The position numbers and the translations under genes were made by a program. A stretch of DNA of 63,726 bases, filler included, from Choristocarpus tenellus KU-1152 (taxonomy: Eukaryota > Protista > Phaeophyceae), in the NCBI GenBank assembly GCA_964200185.2. It is 10 parts of 10 records of this genome, joined end to end, with 100 filler letters (N's around TTAATTAATTAA, not from the genome) between each part and the next. Parts side by side here need not be neighbours in the genome. Positions count along the whole stretch, not along the records: positions 1 to 15,238 come from CAXNAD020001030.1; 9 more parts are not named here. One strand, 5' to 3'. This document shows positions 1-11,539 of the stretch, in pieces. Every line of letters begins with the position of its first letter. The stretch's first letter is position 1. The notes below the pieces were generated by a model. It did no database searches. It was not told the DNA's origin and worked only from the letters and a program-made list of their open reading frames with translations.

Positions 1-26
1 CCCCCACCCCCCAGATACTTTGGGTC
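1..26. mobile_element. Right end of a CAAAGTATCT-terminus MITE (truncated by window start)
   Basis: C-rich tract followed by AGATACTTTGGGTC, identical to the right terminus of the complete copy at 1094-1271. Confidence 0.75.
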
Positions 27-1052
27 CCAACGCATCTTCTCTCGGTGTCAGTGTTGCGATCGCGTGATCCATTTCGCAATTTGACCATGCTGCTGCACCA
101 CACTACTCGCACTTTCTCATCATCTAACATTGCACTGAGTGTCACATGGTACTTGCTTTTCCGTTGCCTCTCGACAGAGAAGGTACCGAGAGTATATCCA
201 GGAGGCAGAGTGGCCTCGGCGGCTCTTTTTGTCTCACCGTCGTGGTTCATGTTGCTGTGTAAGTCACGTGTGTGTGTCCTCACAGAAAGTCTGCAAAAGG
301 CGTTAAAAAGATGTCCGGAAATTTTGAGTTTTTTTTTTTCGGTATCCACACACCAGGCAAACTTGGGCAGCGATCTACCCTGGACCAGTTTTCTGCAAGG
401 AGTTCAGCCAACCACTTCATTCTTGTCCGTTTTGATGTCGTGACCGTCAAAATTGCGACGGATATGTTCCCCGGCGTTTTTGCCATTACTTCATGGGGAA
501 ATAGCTCCCGTTCCCCGAAGTCTGGACATTCGTGGATACAAACCTTCAAACCTTCTTGTCATACCCTTTCATTTGATGTATACATTGTTGTATATCTTTT
601 GTGTGGTTATGGTGAAAAAATCAAGATTTCCACATAGGGCGAAGCTACTGGTATCAACTTATTGTTGGAGAGGGCATGATAATTTCGGGTGTAATCCCCA
701 AGAGGTCTTGATTAGATTCCCTGCTCGAATCGTGATTGTACTCTCTCGTCACTCTGCACGCTTCCACTCTTCCAGCCTCAACCTCGCCCTCTCATTTACG
801 GTTCGCCTTGGTTCATCTGCTCCATGTTGCCTAGTGATTCTCTTCACCACCCTTGTCTCAGTTGACCACATCCCAATAGAATCCGACGATTCACATTGGC
901 GACACCAGTGAGATACGGACTGAAGTGGGGAAGCAGACAAACGTATCATATACAACACTTTCTTCATGTTTAAGGCGATCACTACTTCGAAACTTGATCT
1001 TGTTACACTCAGTCATAACAATGGTTCTGGTGTCAAGATAAATTGCATTGAG

Positions 1053-1511
1053 GAGTAAAGCACCTTAGAGGGTACGAGTTTTTCCCTGTTTGTGCCTCAA
1101 AGTATCTGGCAGGGGGTGGCGGCTGTATATTTGGGGTCAATTTTCCATATCGCCATTTTTGGGTGATTTGGTCGCAAACGTCGGATGGATAATGTAGATG
1201 TACTTTTCCTGATTTTGGATCAAATGGACACCCTGGTGTAGACCCCCCCCTCCCCCCAGATACTTTGGGTCTTGTCCGTTTGGGGCTTGGCTTCCCACCG
1301 TTTTCTTAAGACTTTTTCCTCTTCCGAAATGTTTCGGAATTGGTAAATGTATACGTTTTGGAGTAGGTTTCATGTATAGAACTATGAAAAGTTGTGTCTG
1401 GAACAAGGATATTGACACTTCAACGAAATACCATAGCCAAAATTACATCCAAATCGTAACATTAGATTTTGGACCCCAAACACGGCCGTACCCTCTATGA
1501 TAATTTGACTC
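1053..1511. mobile_element. MITE family A (about 277 bp without the nested insert), Sola2-like termini, TSD TGAG
   Basis: Left end GAGTAAAGCACCTTAGAGGGTACG and right end CGTACCCTCTATGATAATTTGACTC are imperfect inverted repeats. TGAG flanks both sides (1049-1052, 1512-1515). The body matches the reverse complement of 40121-40390. Confidence 0.8.
1094..1271. mobile_element. MITE family B (178 bp) nested in the family A copy, TSD TTGT
   Basis: Termini GCCTCAAAGTATCTGG...CCAGATACTTTGGGTC. TTGT is duplicated at 1090-1093 and 1272-1275. The uninterrupted family A copy at 40121-40390 shows the empty site (...CCCTGTTTGTCCGTT on the minus strand). Confidence 0.85.
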
Positions 1512-1649
1512 TGAGAGCAACCAAGACAACAGAGATAGTTTATGGAGGACGGGCCAAGGACGGGCCACATACAACTACCTGATTTCAGACCAAGACAGGG
1601 AGGATGAGGTATTGACTATGCATGGCACCTTGGAGAATGAAACAAGGGA

Positions 1650-3670
1650 CAATGTGGCGGGGAACAGGTGGAAATGTCCCCAAACGATATCACCTGCTGT
1701 GCAATGCTCAGTTCCTCAGGGAACAGGAAGATAAACATCCTTTTCGACTCTGGAGCCAATGCACACCTTACTCCCTATCGAGAAGATTTGGTTGGCAACA
1801 AGGCCACCTCTAGCACAGTTGTTATCTCAATAACAATGATAGAGAGGAGGCTAACGAAGCTGGAGACCGGATCCTATTGATTTCGCTGAAGAATGGATAG
1901 TCTTGGGTTGATGGGCTTCAATGCGGGATCTTGAGTACTGGGACTCTGCGACAAGATGGAAGACAACTTTCAAGATTGTGACATAATAAGGAATAGTTAC
2001 CTGTATATACCCCCCAGATTTTGTTGAAGAACTCGAAAAGTTCTTAATGTGCAAGGAACAATATCCAAGACAAATGAGATTTCAAAAGCAAGGGAAAATG
2101 CAATATTTTGATATCAATAGAGAGAAATTGGCACTCCATGACTGGCGTAACACATTAGAACACACCAACCCCTCCCTCAGCTTTTCAAGAGTGTCCAGAG
2201 ATTCGTGATCTACTGGAAATCACTGATGCTAATATGGCTGCCACTCGACGCTGCAAGATCTTCAGGGAACGCAAAGCAGAGACACTCAGTTATGCAAGGG
2301 GAGTGATGGTACCCTATGAAGTCTGGTGAAGTCGTACTCACAGACTTGGTGTGCCCCTTCTACGAGGACATTAGCGAGATGAACTACTTCCAGATGTTCA
2401 CCGGCGAGGTAGCAGGGAAAAACGAGCTTACAGCCTAGGGTAACAAAATGCGGCAACAAAGGCGAGATCTGTTTACATTGATGAGGTGGCTCGGAAAGGA
2501 GTCGCAGCATAGTGCATCAGCAGGGATGGAACTGATGAGTTTGAGAGATCGGCTAAGTTCCAAAGGACACTAGCTGATAACGGAAATAGATGGAGCAAGT
2601 CACCTCCGCGATTGCCCCAAACCAATGGGATTGTGAATCTATCAGGTAGCTTATGGAGGCTGCGAGGAGTCAGATGGTGAAAGATGGCCTCCAGGACGAA
2701 CATTAGTTCTTTGCCCCCGTGGGCGTTACCTTCAAGACAGGGGGAAAGCCGCACACGAGTACCTTGTTGGCGAAACACCATGACGTGAGTGCTCGGTTGG
2801 GAAAGCATTCAACTACGACCGACTTTGAATCTGGGGGAGTGAGTGCTACATACACCAGGACAAGCTTGAGAGGGGAGCTGCATCAAGGTTCCATTCATAC
2901 GCCAAGCCCTACACTGCGCTGAGACATGGCTGGACATCCCTGAACTTCCATATGAGTGTGACTTTATCAAGATGTCAAATTGGTTACATCTGGCCAGGTG
3001 ATGTTCTAACTGGAACAATGGGTAATGGATTTTGTTGGGCAGGGAGATATCATCTTCCTGACTTACGATGAAGGGGATTATTCTGAATTGTGATGAGGAC
3101 CTGGACACTGTTGAGGAGCTGAATGGATACCCCGATAAAGGTTACACAGGTTCTAGCTACAGACGAATGTGGGCACCCTCCTCGTATAACCCGCAAGTGA
3201 TTCGCCGCAGGCACCACTGCCGCGCAAACCCTCAAGCATCGCTCAAGAGTCTGCTGGCCATCAGCATTGTCGATCTGCCAGACTGAGCAAGAAACCCCGG
3301 GGGATTAATTCTGGAAATGGGAGGGATTGGAAGGATGGAATAGTGATACAACAATTTCGTGAGAGCAAACAACGATAACGATGCTTATTGCCTAATGAGC
3401 ACCCCTAGTGCCACCTTCAATGACCATCACGTATTTTGGGAGAGATCGGTCTGCAACAAGGGGATAGATACCACCTACCTTGACGACAACTGAGGGGCCA
3501 TCCAGGCAGATACTTATCTGATTCTATCAGTTGGACTAGGCATTTGAATATTCTGATGCTGAAATTCCGAGCGTATGAGTTTATTGATTGGTGTTGATTA
3601 AGACTTTCGTGAGGCTGTGAGAGTTCCTCCTACAGTTTTGTTTTGTTTTATCTTTTGTGATAGGGGAGTG
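1650..3670 (+). mobile_element. Highly degenerate Ty1/copia LTR retrotransposon pol remnant
   Basis: Protease motif ILFDSGANAHLTP (about 1737-1775), integrase-like PQTNG (2615-2629) and RNase H-like DDN*GAIQ (3482-3505) occur in copia order. A purine tract AGGGGAG-TG lies at 3662-3670. Many stops and frameshifts. Confidence 0.65.
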
Positions 3671-4859
3671 TAGAGAAAATATTATATTTTTTGTGATTTC
3701 GACGAAGGAATGCTTACACAGGTATTTTGGTTAGGTGCAATATATTGAGGTTAGGTACTAATATGTAATTCTACATGGTCTTCTACCTCTCCACTATGTG
3801 AGACTGAGGACCTTTCTCTTCTCTCCACTACCATATTTACAATACAAAAAAAAACATATCGACACTTTATCCCAGTCAATTTTGGGTCAAGCCCATCCTC
3901 AACGAAAAGCTCCATCCTCAATATTTGAAATCGGCTGTTATTACTATACTATTGTACCAATTTAGTTGGTCATGGAGATACTTCGAAAAGGACGAAGTGA
4001 ACGGCTAACTTTTTTTCACCCAATTTTTCTTATTTTACCTGGAACAACATTATTCTAACCTGACACTTTCGGGCTTTTACACCTTCACCCTACCCTCTTA
4101 AACGGTTTTGTATCGTGTGATTTTGTGATAAGCTTCAGATATTTCTATTTCTTTGTATTATCTAAAAAGTATCATACTTCAACATGACCAGTCGAAGAAG
4201 GTCGATATGGCGACATATTATGATATATATCTTAAAGAACCCAAATAATATTATTACCGTCACAAACCAAAAAATATATCTGAAAGCCATTGAAGGGGAC
4301 ATATTTTCATGACCAATCTCCAACATCTTCAATAATCCACGAAAATATAGAAATTATATGTCAATAATATATAATGTACATCCAACCAAAATATACATGC
4401 TACATGATAAATAATTTCCCTTCAATTTCCACTCGTTTTCTTAAAGTTAGTGATTAATTGTTTCATATATTGAGTAATGTCCCGTCCATGGTTGGCGTAT
4501 CTGATCTATTCTTTTTGTTATTGTGTTCCTTCTATGGTCATTCTTCTTCTCTTGTATTCTCTATTCTATTCTTCACCACATATTTTTGTTTTCTTCAAAA
4601 CAATCCATACAAGATATAATACAATTCAGTAACGATAATATCATATTAGTGTAATCGTATTCAGGGGCGTACCCCTCTCATTAATATATTCTACTGGTAA
4701 AAAGATCCACATACTACTGCTGCTGTATATTGATTGGTTCACTATATGTTTGATATAATACAACGCAGAGAGAACAGTACAGTAGTAGTAGGGTTGTGAT
4801 GTCCACCAATAAATGTATGATAGTTCAGACGTTAAGTTGTTGATGCCTAAGATCTTTTA

Positions 4860-6620
4860 TTGGTCAAAGTGTATCAGCCATCAACGAGATCTGTCCAACG
4901 TGAAGAGAACTTACCACTACGACTGGGTGTTAAGTCGCACAGGAGGAATACCACACATAGGTGCGCATTGGACAATACGAAATCCCCACCACTAAAAGGA
5001 GCCGAGCCAATGCCCATAATGATGGAAAGCAAACTTGTCCGAGTGATTGGGCTAGTCGGGAGGTCGGGATGGTTTTTGCCGATCGAGGTCAAGCAACTTC
5101 AGCTGTCGTCGCTGATCCTGTGTCTGGAATGCCGGTTGAAGATGACCGGCCTCTGTGTGCGAGTCTCCAAAAGTACACCTCGTAGGCTGATCTCGGAATG
5201 TGGAATTGAAAAGGTTAACCGAAGCTCTGTATCACGCGTGCCGCCTCTTCGTGTTGAAGAGGTGACCTGGGACCTCAACCAACTAGGAGAGATGGCGCGA
5301 TGGCCCAAGAAACTGGGGCGACTGATTTTCAGAAAAGCACCCTCTAAGACTGAGGGCGTGGTGTTGTCATGGCCATCAAGGCTTCATTATCTGAGGTTTG
5401 GAGAAGAATTTAACCAATCCTTGGATGGAGTTGTACTGCCTGAGAGCCTTGAGCGATTGTCCTTTGGGAAATCCTTCAATCAGGATGTGGAAGGGGTGGC
5501 TTGGCCAACAGGGCTTCAGCAACTGATATTTGGAGCCAACTTCAACCAGCCGATTGACTATATTATGTTACCATCAGGGCTCCAGGAGCTGGTCTTCGGT
5601 GATTTTTTCAACAGGAACGTGGATAATGTGGTGTGGCCATTGAGGCTCGAGCGATTGACGTTTGGGATCGGCTTCAACCAGTCTGTGGATGAAGTGGATT
5701 GGCCGTCGGGTCTCCAGCAGCTGACCTTTGGGGACAGTTTTAACCAGGAGATCCAAAGGATAGTGTGGCCGATTGGTCTCCAGGAGCTGATATTTGGGTG
5801 GGACTTCAACCAGGCCGTGGATGAGGTGGCATGGCCCACAGGACTCGAGAAGCTGACTTTTGGAATAAACTTCAATCAGCCGGTGGATGGAGTGCGGTGG
5901 CCAACGGGACTTCAACAGCTCACTTTTGGAGACAATTTTGACAAACCTGTGCATGGTTTAATTTGGCCAACAGGGCTCGTGCAGCTGACCTTCGGACTCT
6001 TGTTCAATCAGTCATTAGACGGCGTGCTTTGGCCAATTGGTCTTCAGGTACTGACTTTTGGAGTTTGCTTTAACCAGGCACTCGACAGAGTGGAGTGGCC
6101 GACAGGACTCTGTCAACTGACCTTTGGGAGGGGCTTCAACCAGGCGTTGGAAGGGGTGATTTGGCCGGGTGGACTACGCAAAATATCTCTTGACTACAAC
6201 TTCAACCAACCAGTGGAAAGGGTGCCTTGGCCAGCTGATCTGGAGGAGCTTACCTTCGGGGACTGCTTTGACCAGAGTATTGAGAAGGTGGTCTGGCCGT
6301 TAGGTATAAAACGACTGGCGTTTGGAAAATGTTTCAATCACTCAGTGGAGGAAGTTACTTGGCCAGTAGGACTAAAGAAGGTGAATTTCGGATATGGCTT
6401 CAACCAGAATTTGGATGGAGTGGTGTGGCCGACAGGTCTCTTGCAGCTGACGTTTGGTGGAAAAGCGGGGCACTCAGGTGTGTTTGGGCGAGAACTGGAT
6501 GAGGTCATTCGTGTCGACCGAGAGAACATGTCATCCGACATACTGACCTACTACAATGAGTGGGTTGAAGAAGGTAAGGTTCGACCGAAGAGAGGAAATC
6601 TCCGCCTGAACGTTTGTTGA
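4860..6620 (+). CDS. FNIP (FNQ/IP22) repeat protein, intronless, 16 complete plus 1 partial 22-aa repeats
   Basis: Open frame of 586 codons (first in-frame ATG at 5010). Tandem unit WPxGLxxLTFGxxFNQxxxxVx from about 5370 to 6460 matches the FNIP LRR-like repeat. The true start is uncertain (see the frameshift finding). Confidence 0.9.
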   Translation: MVKVYQPSTRSVQREENLPLRLGVKSHRRNTTHRCALDNTKSPPLKGAEPMPIMMESKLVRVIGLVGRSGWFLPIEVKQLQLSSLILCLECRLKMTGLCVRVSKSTPRRLISECGIEKVNRSSVSRVPPLRVEEVTWDLNQLGEMARWPKKLGRLIFRKAPSKTEGVVLSWPSRLHYLRFGEEFNQSLDGVVLPESLERLSFGKSFNQDVEGVAWPTGLQQLIFGANFNQPIDYIMLPSGLQELVFGDFFNRNVDNVVWPLRLERLTFGIGFNQSVDEVDWPSGLQQLTFGDSFNQEIQRIVWPIGLQELIFGWDFNQAVDEVAWPTGLEKLTFGINFNQPVDGVRWPTGLQQLTFGDNFDKPVHGLIWPTGLVQLTFGLLFNQSLDGVLWPIGLQVLTFGVCFNQALDRVEWPTGLCQLTFGRGFNQALEGVIWPGGLRKISLDYNFNQPVERVPWPADLEELTFGDCFDQSIEKVVWPLGIKRLAFGKCFNHSVEEVTWPVGLKKVNFGYGFNQNLDGVVWPTGLLQLTFGGKAGHSGVFGRELDEVIRVDRENMSSDILTYYNEWVEEGKVRPKRGNLRLNVC

Positions 6621-7121
6621 ATGTGGTAGGGTGTGTATATATTCCTAAAGTTTCTTTGCACACATGCTCACATTTTCCATGAGTTCTGGGCGAATAAGTA
6701 GGAGTCCTACATGGTTACTGTTGATACTATACTTCCCTGAAGGGGTGATCTTCATCGAGGTTGTGGGTAGGTTGTGCCACATTCATGGAGAGAATGCTGT
6801 TTGGTCAGTTTTTTCTTGGAGAGCATACTTGTTCATGGTGAGGGCCTGTATATTATTTGGATTTTTCTCACACATGAGGGGGAAGACTGGATTATTCTGC
6901 TAGTGGGTTTGCAGAAGGTTGTTCCAGTTGCAAAGACAAAGGCGTCCTCTCTCATTTGGGAGATGTACAGTGGGGACGACCTATTATTGCTGGGTGGATT
7001 ATGAATATTACAAGATTGACTGGCAGGTACGTATTACATCTATGAAAATAGATGCTAATGCGATTGCAGTGTATTGAAGAATGCAGTTAATCTTAACCAT
7101 TGTGATGGTAATAATACGGAG

Positions 7122-7370
7122 AGTAGAGTTGGAATGTCCTGCTTTTGGGGCGAGCGGTGTATGTTAGATATGAGACTCATGGAGTGGAAGGTGGTTGGTG
7201 ATTATTCCTTTGTCTCTTTCTTGGTAATGTAGTTTTCACCACAGTGAGAGTGGTTCTAGAGATGGTAGAGGTGGTAGAGATGGTAGAGTTGGAATGACCC
7301 TTTGCCTTTCTTTTGGAGTGTATGTTGGTTATGGGACTTATAGAGTGGAAGGTCGTGGGTGGTGATTACC
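7122..7370 (+). repeat. Diverged direct duplication of about 85 bp
   Basis: GTAGAGTTGGAATG...GTGTATGTT...GAGTGGAAGGT...GGTGATTA occurs at about 7123-7206 and again at about 7283-7370, with a short (GATGGTAGA)-type repeat just before the second copy. Confidence 0.7.
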
Positions 7371-10300
7371 ACTTTTTCCGATTACTGTCATGTCTGCCTC
7401 ATGCCCTTGTCATGGCATGTTGTCCTGAATGCAAACGCCAATCACCCGTGTAATAATGAAGCAAAAGAATGTTGTTGGGCTGTGGATTGCATTGATTAAG
7501 CACTCCAGTTCATATATCAATGGAAAAATAGTCTGTATCAGAATTGAAGCGTTTCATATCACAGTCACTGCCCTAATGCCACAGTCAACACTGGCCTGGA
7601 CAGGTAGGACAACTCACTGCCCATCTCCTGCTGTACTATGTTCTTGCTCCACAGCTTAGTATCGGTCAACTCGCACCTAGCAAGTAATAGAGCCAGCAGT
7701 CCTTTGACTGTTTTTTGTCCTTATTACTGTGTTGCTGTGATTTCTGTATAAACCTCAAAGCACAAAGTTACCCCCCCTTACTCCTTCTGAATTATGGCCC
7801 AGACAACTGGATGAAGCAAGTATATTTTGTCCTTCACTTAGGCGGTTTGGCAATTTCAAGGATGACAGTGTCAGAGAGGAGGGGCCGTAATAGGAGTAGT
7901 TGAAATGTCTCTGTGCTTGAATATTGATTGTTTTGTTTTTTGAATGGAGTGGTAGTACCTATCTATGCATAGTTTGACGTGCAAAGTGTTCCTGTGTACT
8001 TTTTCACTCCCTGAACATCTGCCTGACACTTGAAGTTTGCTGATTGTTATTTGTTTGTAATAGTAGCTGGGTATTGCAAGATACGAAGAGATGCGTATCG
8101 CTAACTATTATCATTGTCATATTGCCCCACTTCCCCTCTACCTGTAGTAGTTGCAGTAGCATATTCCATGTCAACCTCCATGAAAGAAAGTTCCAATAGA
8201 AAGCATGTGGGGTGGAAGGGATTGGATTTCGCGAAATTGATACATATGTGCAGTAGGTAATGATAGTGAAATGGATCTAGTGCTGGTTTTATTCCGCCGT
8301 TTCTCTGACTGAGAAAGTGGAGGGATGACGTGTTACAAAATGCTCCCACAGCTTACCATGATGGGATACGTAGCTCAGGTTCACAAGCCTGTAGGCAGAG
8401 GAGGAGGCTCTTAGAGGGCACCACAACGGAAATGCCATCAAATATGCTGGATATCTTACTTTGTTCACTTTATGGTTTGGTTGGGACATACAGACAGTAC
8501 AGAACAAACGTAGCACCGGCTATGTATGGTCTCACAGCGACCAAATTATAAATGGTTAAGATGCACAACATACGAATTCTAGAATTCCAAGCTCATAGCG
8601 ACCTTTCTTCATGAAAATTCCATTAAGACCCGTCACCTGTGACAGACACTGGCTCAATTCTGCCACATACGCCAGATATCAGGCAAGTCCTACGCTGTAT
8701 ATTGGTCTCCCCCAACCTTCTTTGAGGGTGCTCCACAATCGCCTGTCTATGTAAAACATCAAACTATGTAATTGGCCAGTATAAAATTTTAAATGGAGAA
8801 GATTCCCTGATAGACAAAAGAGTAAGCCGATCTTGATGACCTTTTGCTGTATGGAGCCAGTTGGACTTGATACGACATCTTGTGACAAGTGCCGACCAGG
8901 TACCTCAAGCTTAGTATATAATTGCAAACAATAATACTCTCCCCATGATTATAATATTAATAGTCCTTTGTGCAGTAATATCTACCATACATTTTTCTTC
9001 TGGCTCTGTATATGGTTTTTATTTATCAATGCCATTATTAAGGAGTCGACTACTACTACTACTACTTCATACTGAGTTCTTACTACAAATTACATTGTTG
9101 AAAGCCCCAGGCTGAAAGTCATGACTGTTGGAGCATCTATTGTCGTTGAGTTGGTACTCTAAAGCATGTACATTCTCCTTCTCATCTTACCTGTAACCTT
9201 GTACTCCACCTCTCTCTTTCAGGTGAAAACCATAAATGAAGTAATATTATGTGTTGGTTTCACCTCCATTTTAGAGCAAACTAACCTCAGCTGTGCATAC
9301 AAACCTTCATGCGTCTCCATAACAATTCACATTAATTATTAATTACGTGCAACAATACATCATGATTGTGTTGAACAACAGAAGGAAGGGCTGAAACTGT
9401 GGCATCCCCTCCCCCTGCCTCTCAGGAGGAATGATAAAACTATGATACCACTCACTCCATGTAGTATGATTAGTATTGTGCCTGCTGTGATCACGGCATG
9501 CACATTTTTTTTCGGTATCAGTCGTTGTGACTGTAACATACCACAGAATACCTGCCTGGCATCCTCAACAACCCCCCCCTCACACCTTTTTTCTTAATTT
9601 TTTCAGTTTTTTTTCTACCGCTAATTTTGCGAATAGGGTTAGGGTTAATATGTTTTTGAAACAGAAAAGATGGCATTCGGGTTGTACAATTTTTTCACCG
9701 AAAAAAATCCGAACACCTCTCTTTACTACACTGTATAGAGGAGAGTAGTACTGGATATTCTCTTCGTTCAACAAGAAGTACTCCAGGTGAGAGCTGGGCT
9801 GCCTTTACTTACCTTTTGTTCCTTCTGTAGAAGACGAAAAATATACATGGAGGAGGCCAGATAATTAGATCATCATGATCTCATCATGCATCCATGTATA
9901 TTATTTTTGTATGGTATGTGTATGTATATGTGTATGTATCTTTTCTCCTCTCCCAGAGTCACAATGTATGTACGTACAAGTCTAATACGCATACAAGGAG
10001 TCAAGAGGAACTCTGTTCTGTTGACCAGGACCCCTTCAAGCATGTACCACAATAACTATTGTCATACACCAACTCAACACACCTATTGGAGTCTATCCGC
10101 CCATGTAGTGACCTGCCATACAATGACTGAACACACCAGAAGAAGAGAAAGAGCGAACCGACCATCCCAAAGCACTTGTTACTACTACTACTGTCGTTAA
10201 CAGATCAAGTGAAACACGGATGAAGGGTACCTTCCTTGTTGCCATCCTCGGCATGTATTGTTGTCCCATCCTGTTGACAAACAGTCAGTGACGTCAGAAC

Positions 10301-11539
10301 TACTACTGCGCCAATATCCAATAATGACAACAGAGCAATACTCCCGTATTCCTGATGACATCATGTTCGATCAGAGTTTTCAACTTGAGTGATTGGTTGG
10401 CAGTGTGTTAACACGATCATCATAACAAAACCATGAAAAAGACATTCTTATCGTGTTGCTACGAAACCAATAATCTGCAAAATATCAGAGGGCATAATAA
10501 TAAAAATAATAGAGTTGCATATTAATGATCTCGGCAAATATCTCCAAAATTCGTCTCCTTTTTTTTTTTACAAAAGTGCGTTGGATATTTTCCGAATTAT
10601 ATTGAAGTCTTTCAACCAATAGACAAGTACACCCTCTCAAGTGAAACTTAAGAGTTTCATCCATACATATACGGGTAAACTGCAAAAGATTGACCAACTG
10701 GGTAACCGCTCGGTTACTTGGGCTCACTGTAACTGCCACGAGGATGAAAAGGAATAAACACGATGGAAAATTAATGCAACAAAAGGAAAGGTCCACATAT
10801 AATCCAAGACATGCAGTGCATCTCTTTTTTGCACCCAATGAGCACATTCAACGACATCTCTACAAGTCATAGAGCTCAATCGCTCCTTCACCATGCCCCT
10901 CCGATCACACTATGTTCTTGTCATCATCATCATCATCGGGTCGGTCTAGATGGATGCAAGCATCAGTGAGGAAAACAGACACATGCCACCCATTTTGCCT
11001 CCAGATACTGTGAATTTTGCTGCGGCTATCATCGTTACTTTTATTTTTTCATGCTACTGTACTCCTCCCCTCCTCCACCCTCCTTGATTCCCTAAGAGTG
11101 ATATCATCTAGTAAGGGGGGAGGGGGATGGTGACGTGGAGTTTTAACAACCTCTAATGTCTGCCTTGAGGTATATCCATTTCGACCTCTTTGGAGGATGT
11201 TTTCTGTGTTCAAAGCGTTCAAAGCTAATCTTATTTTTTAAGAGACGCTCTCCTTAGGGGGAGGGAACTGAACTTCAGGTACATGGGGATATTAATAGTG
11301 AATATTACACAAGGTTCAAAAATGCCTTCAAGCTCAAAAGGGTCAAAATCGACCCCTAGAAGGTACACCTCTCACATGGTTTCATTCTGTCCCAATTCAT
11401 TATGTGCCCATCATGATGTATCACAACAAACCTCCTCTCACAATAAAAAAAGAAAAAACATGTAAAAATTGGATACATTTAGCTAGCTGCAGCTATTTTG
11501 ATTATCATTATTATTATTATCCCCAGCACACTACAACAG

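Noticed and set aside
5099-6541. Antisense ORFs over the FNIP gene
   Set aside because: They are shadows of the repetitive sense ORF.
4860-6620. Diversity-generating retroelement acting on the FNIP gene (RT-bearing copia remnant nearby)
   Set aside because: No template/variable repeat pair with adenine-specific differences was seen, and the nearby element is an ordinary decayed copia.
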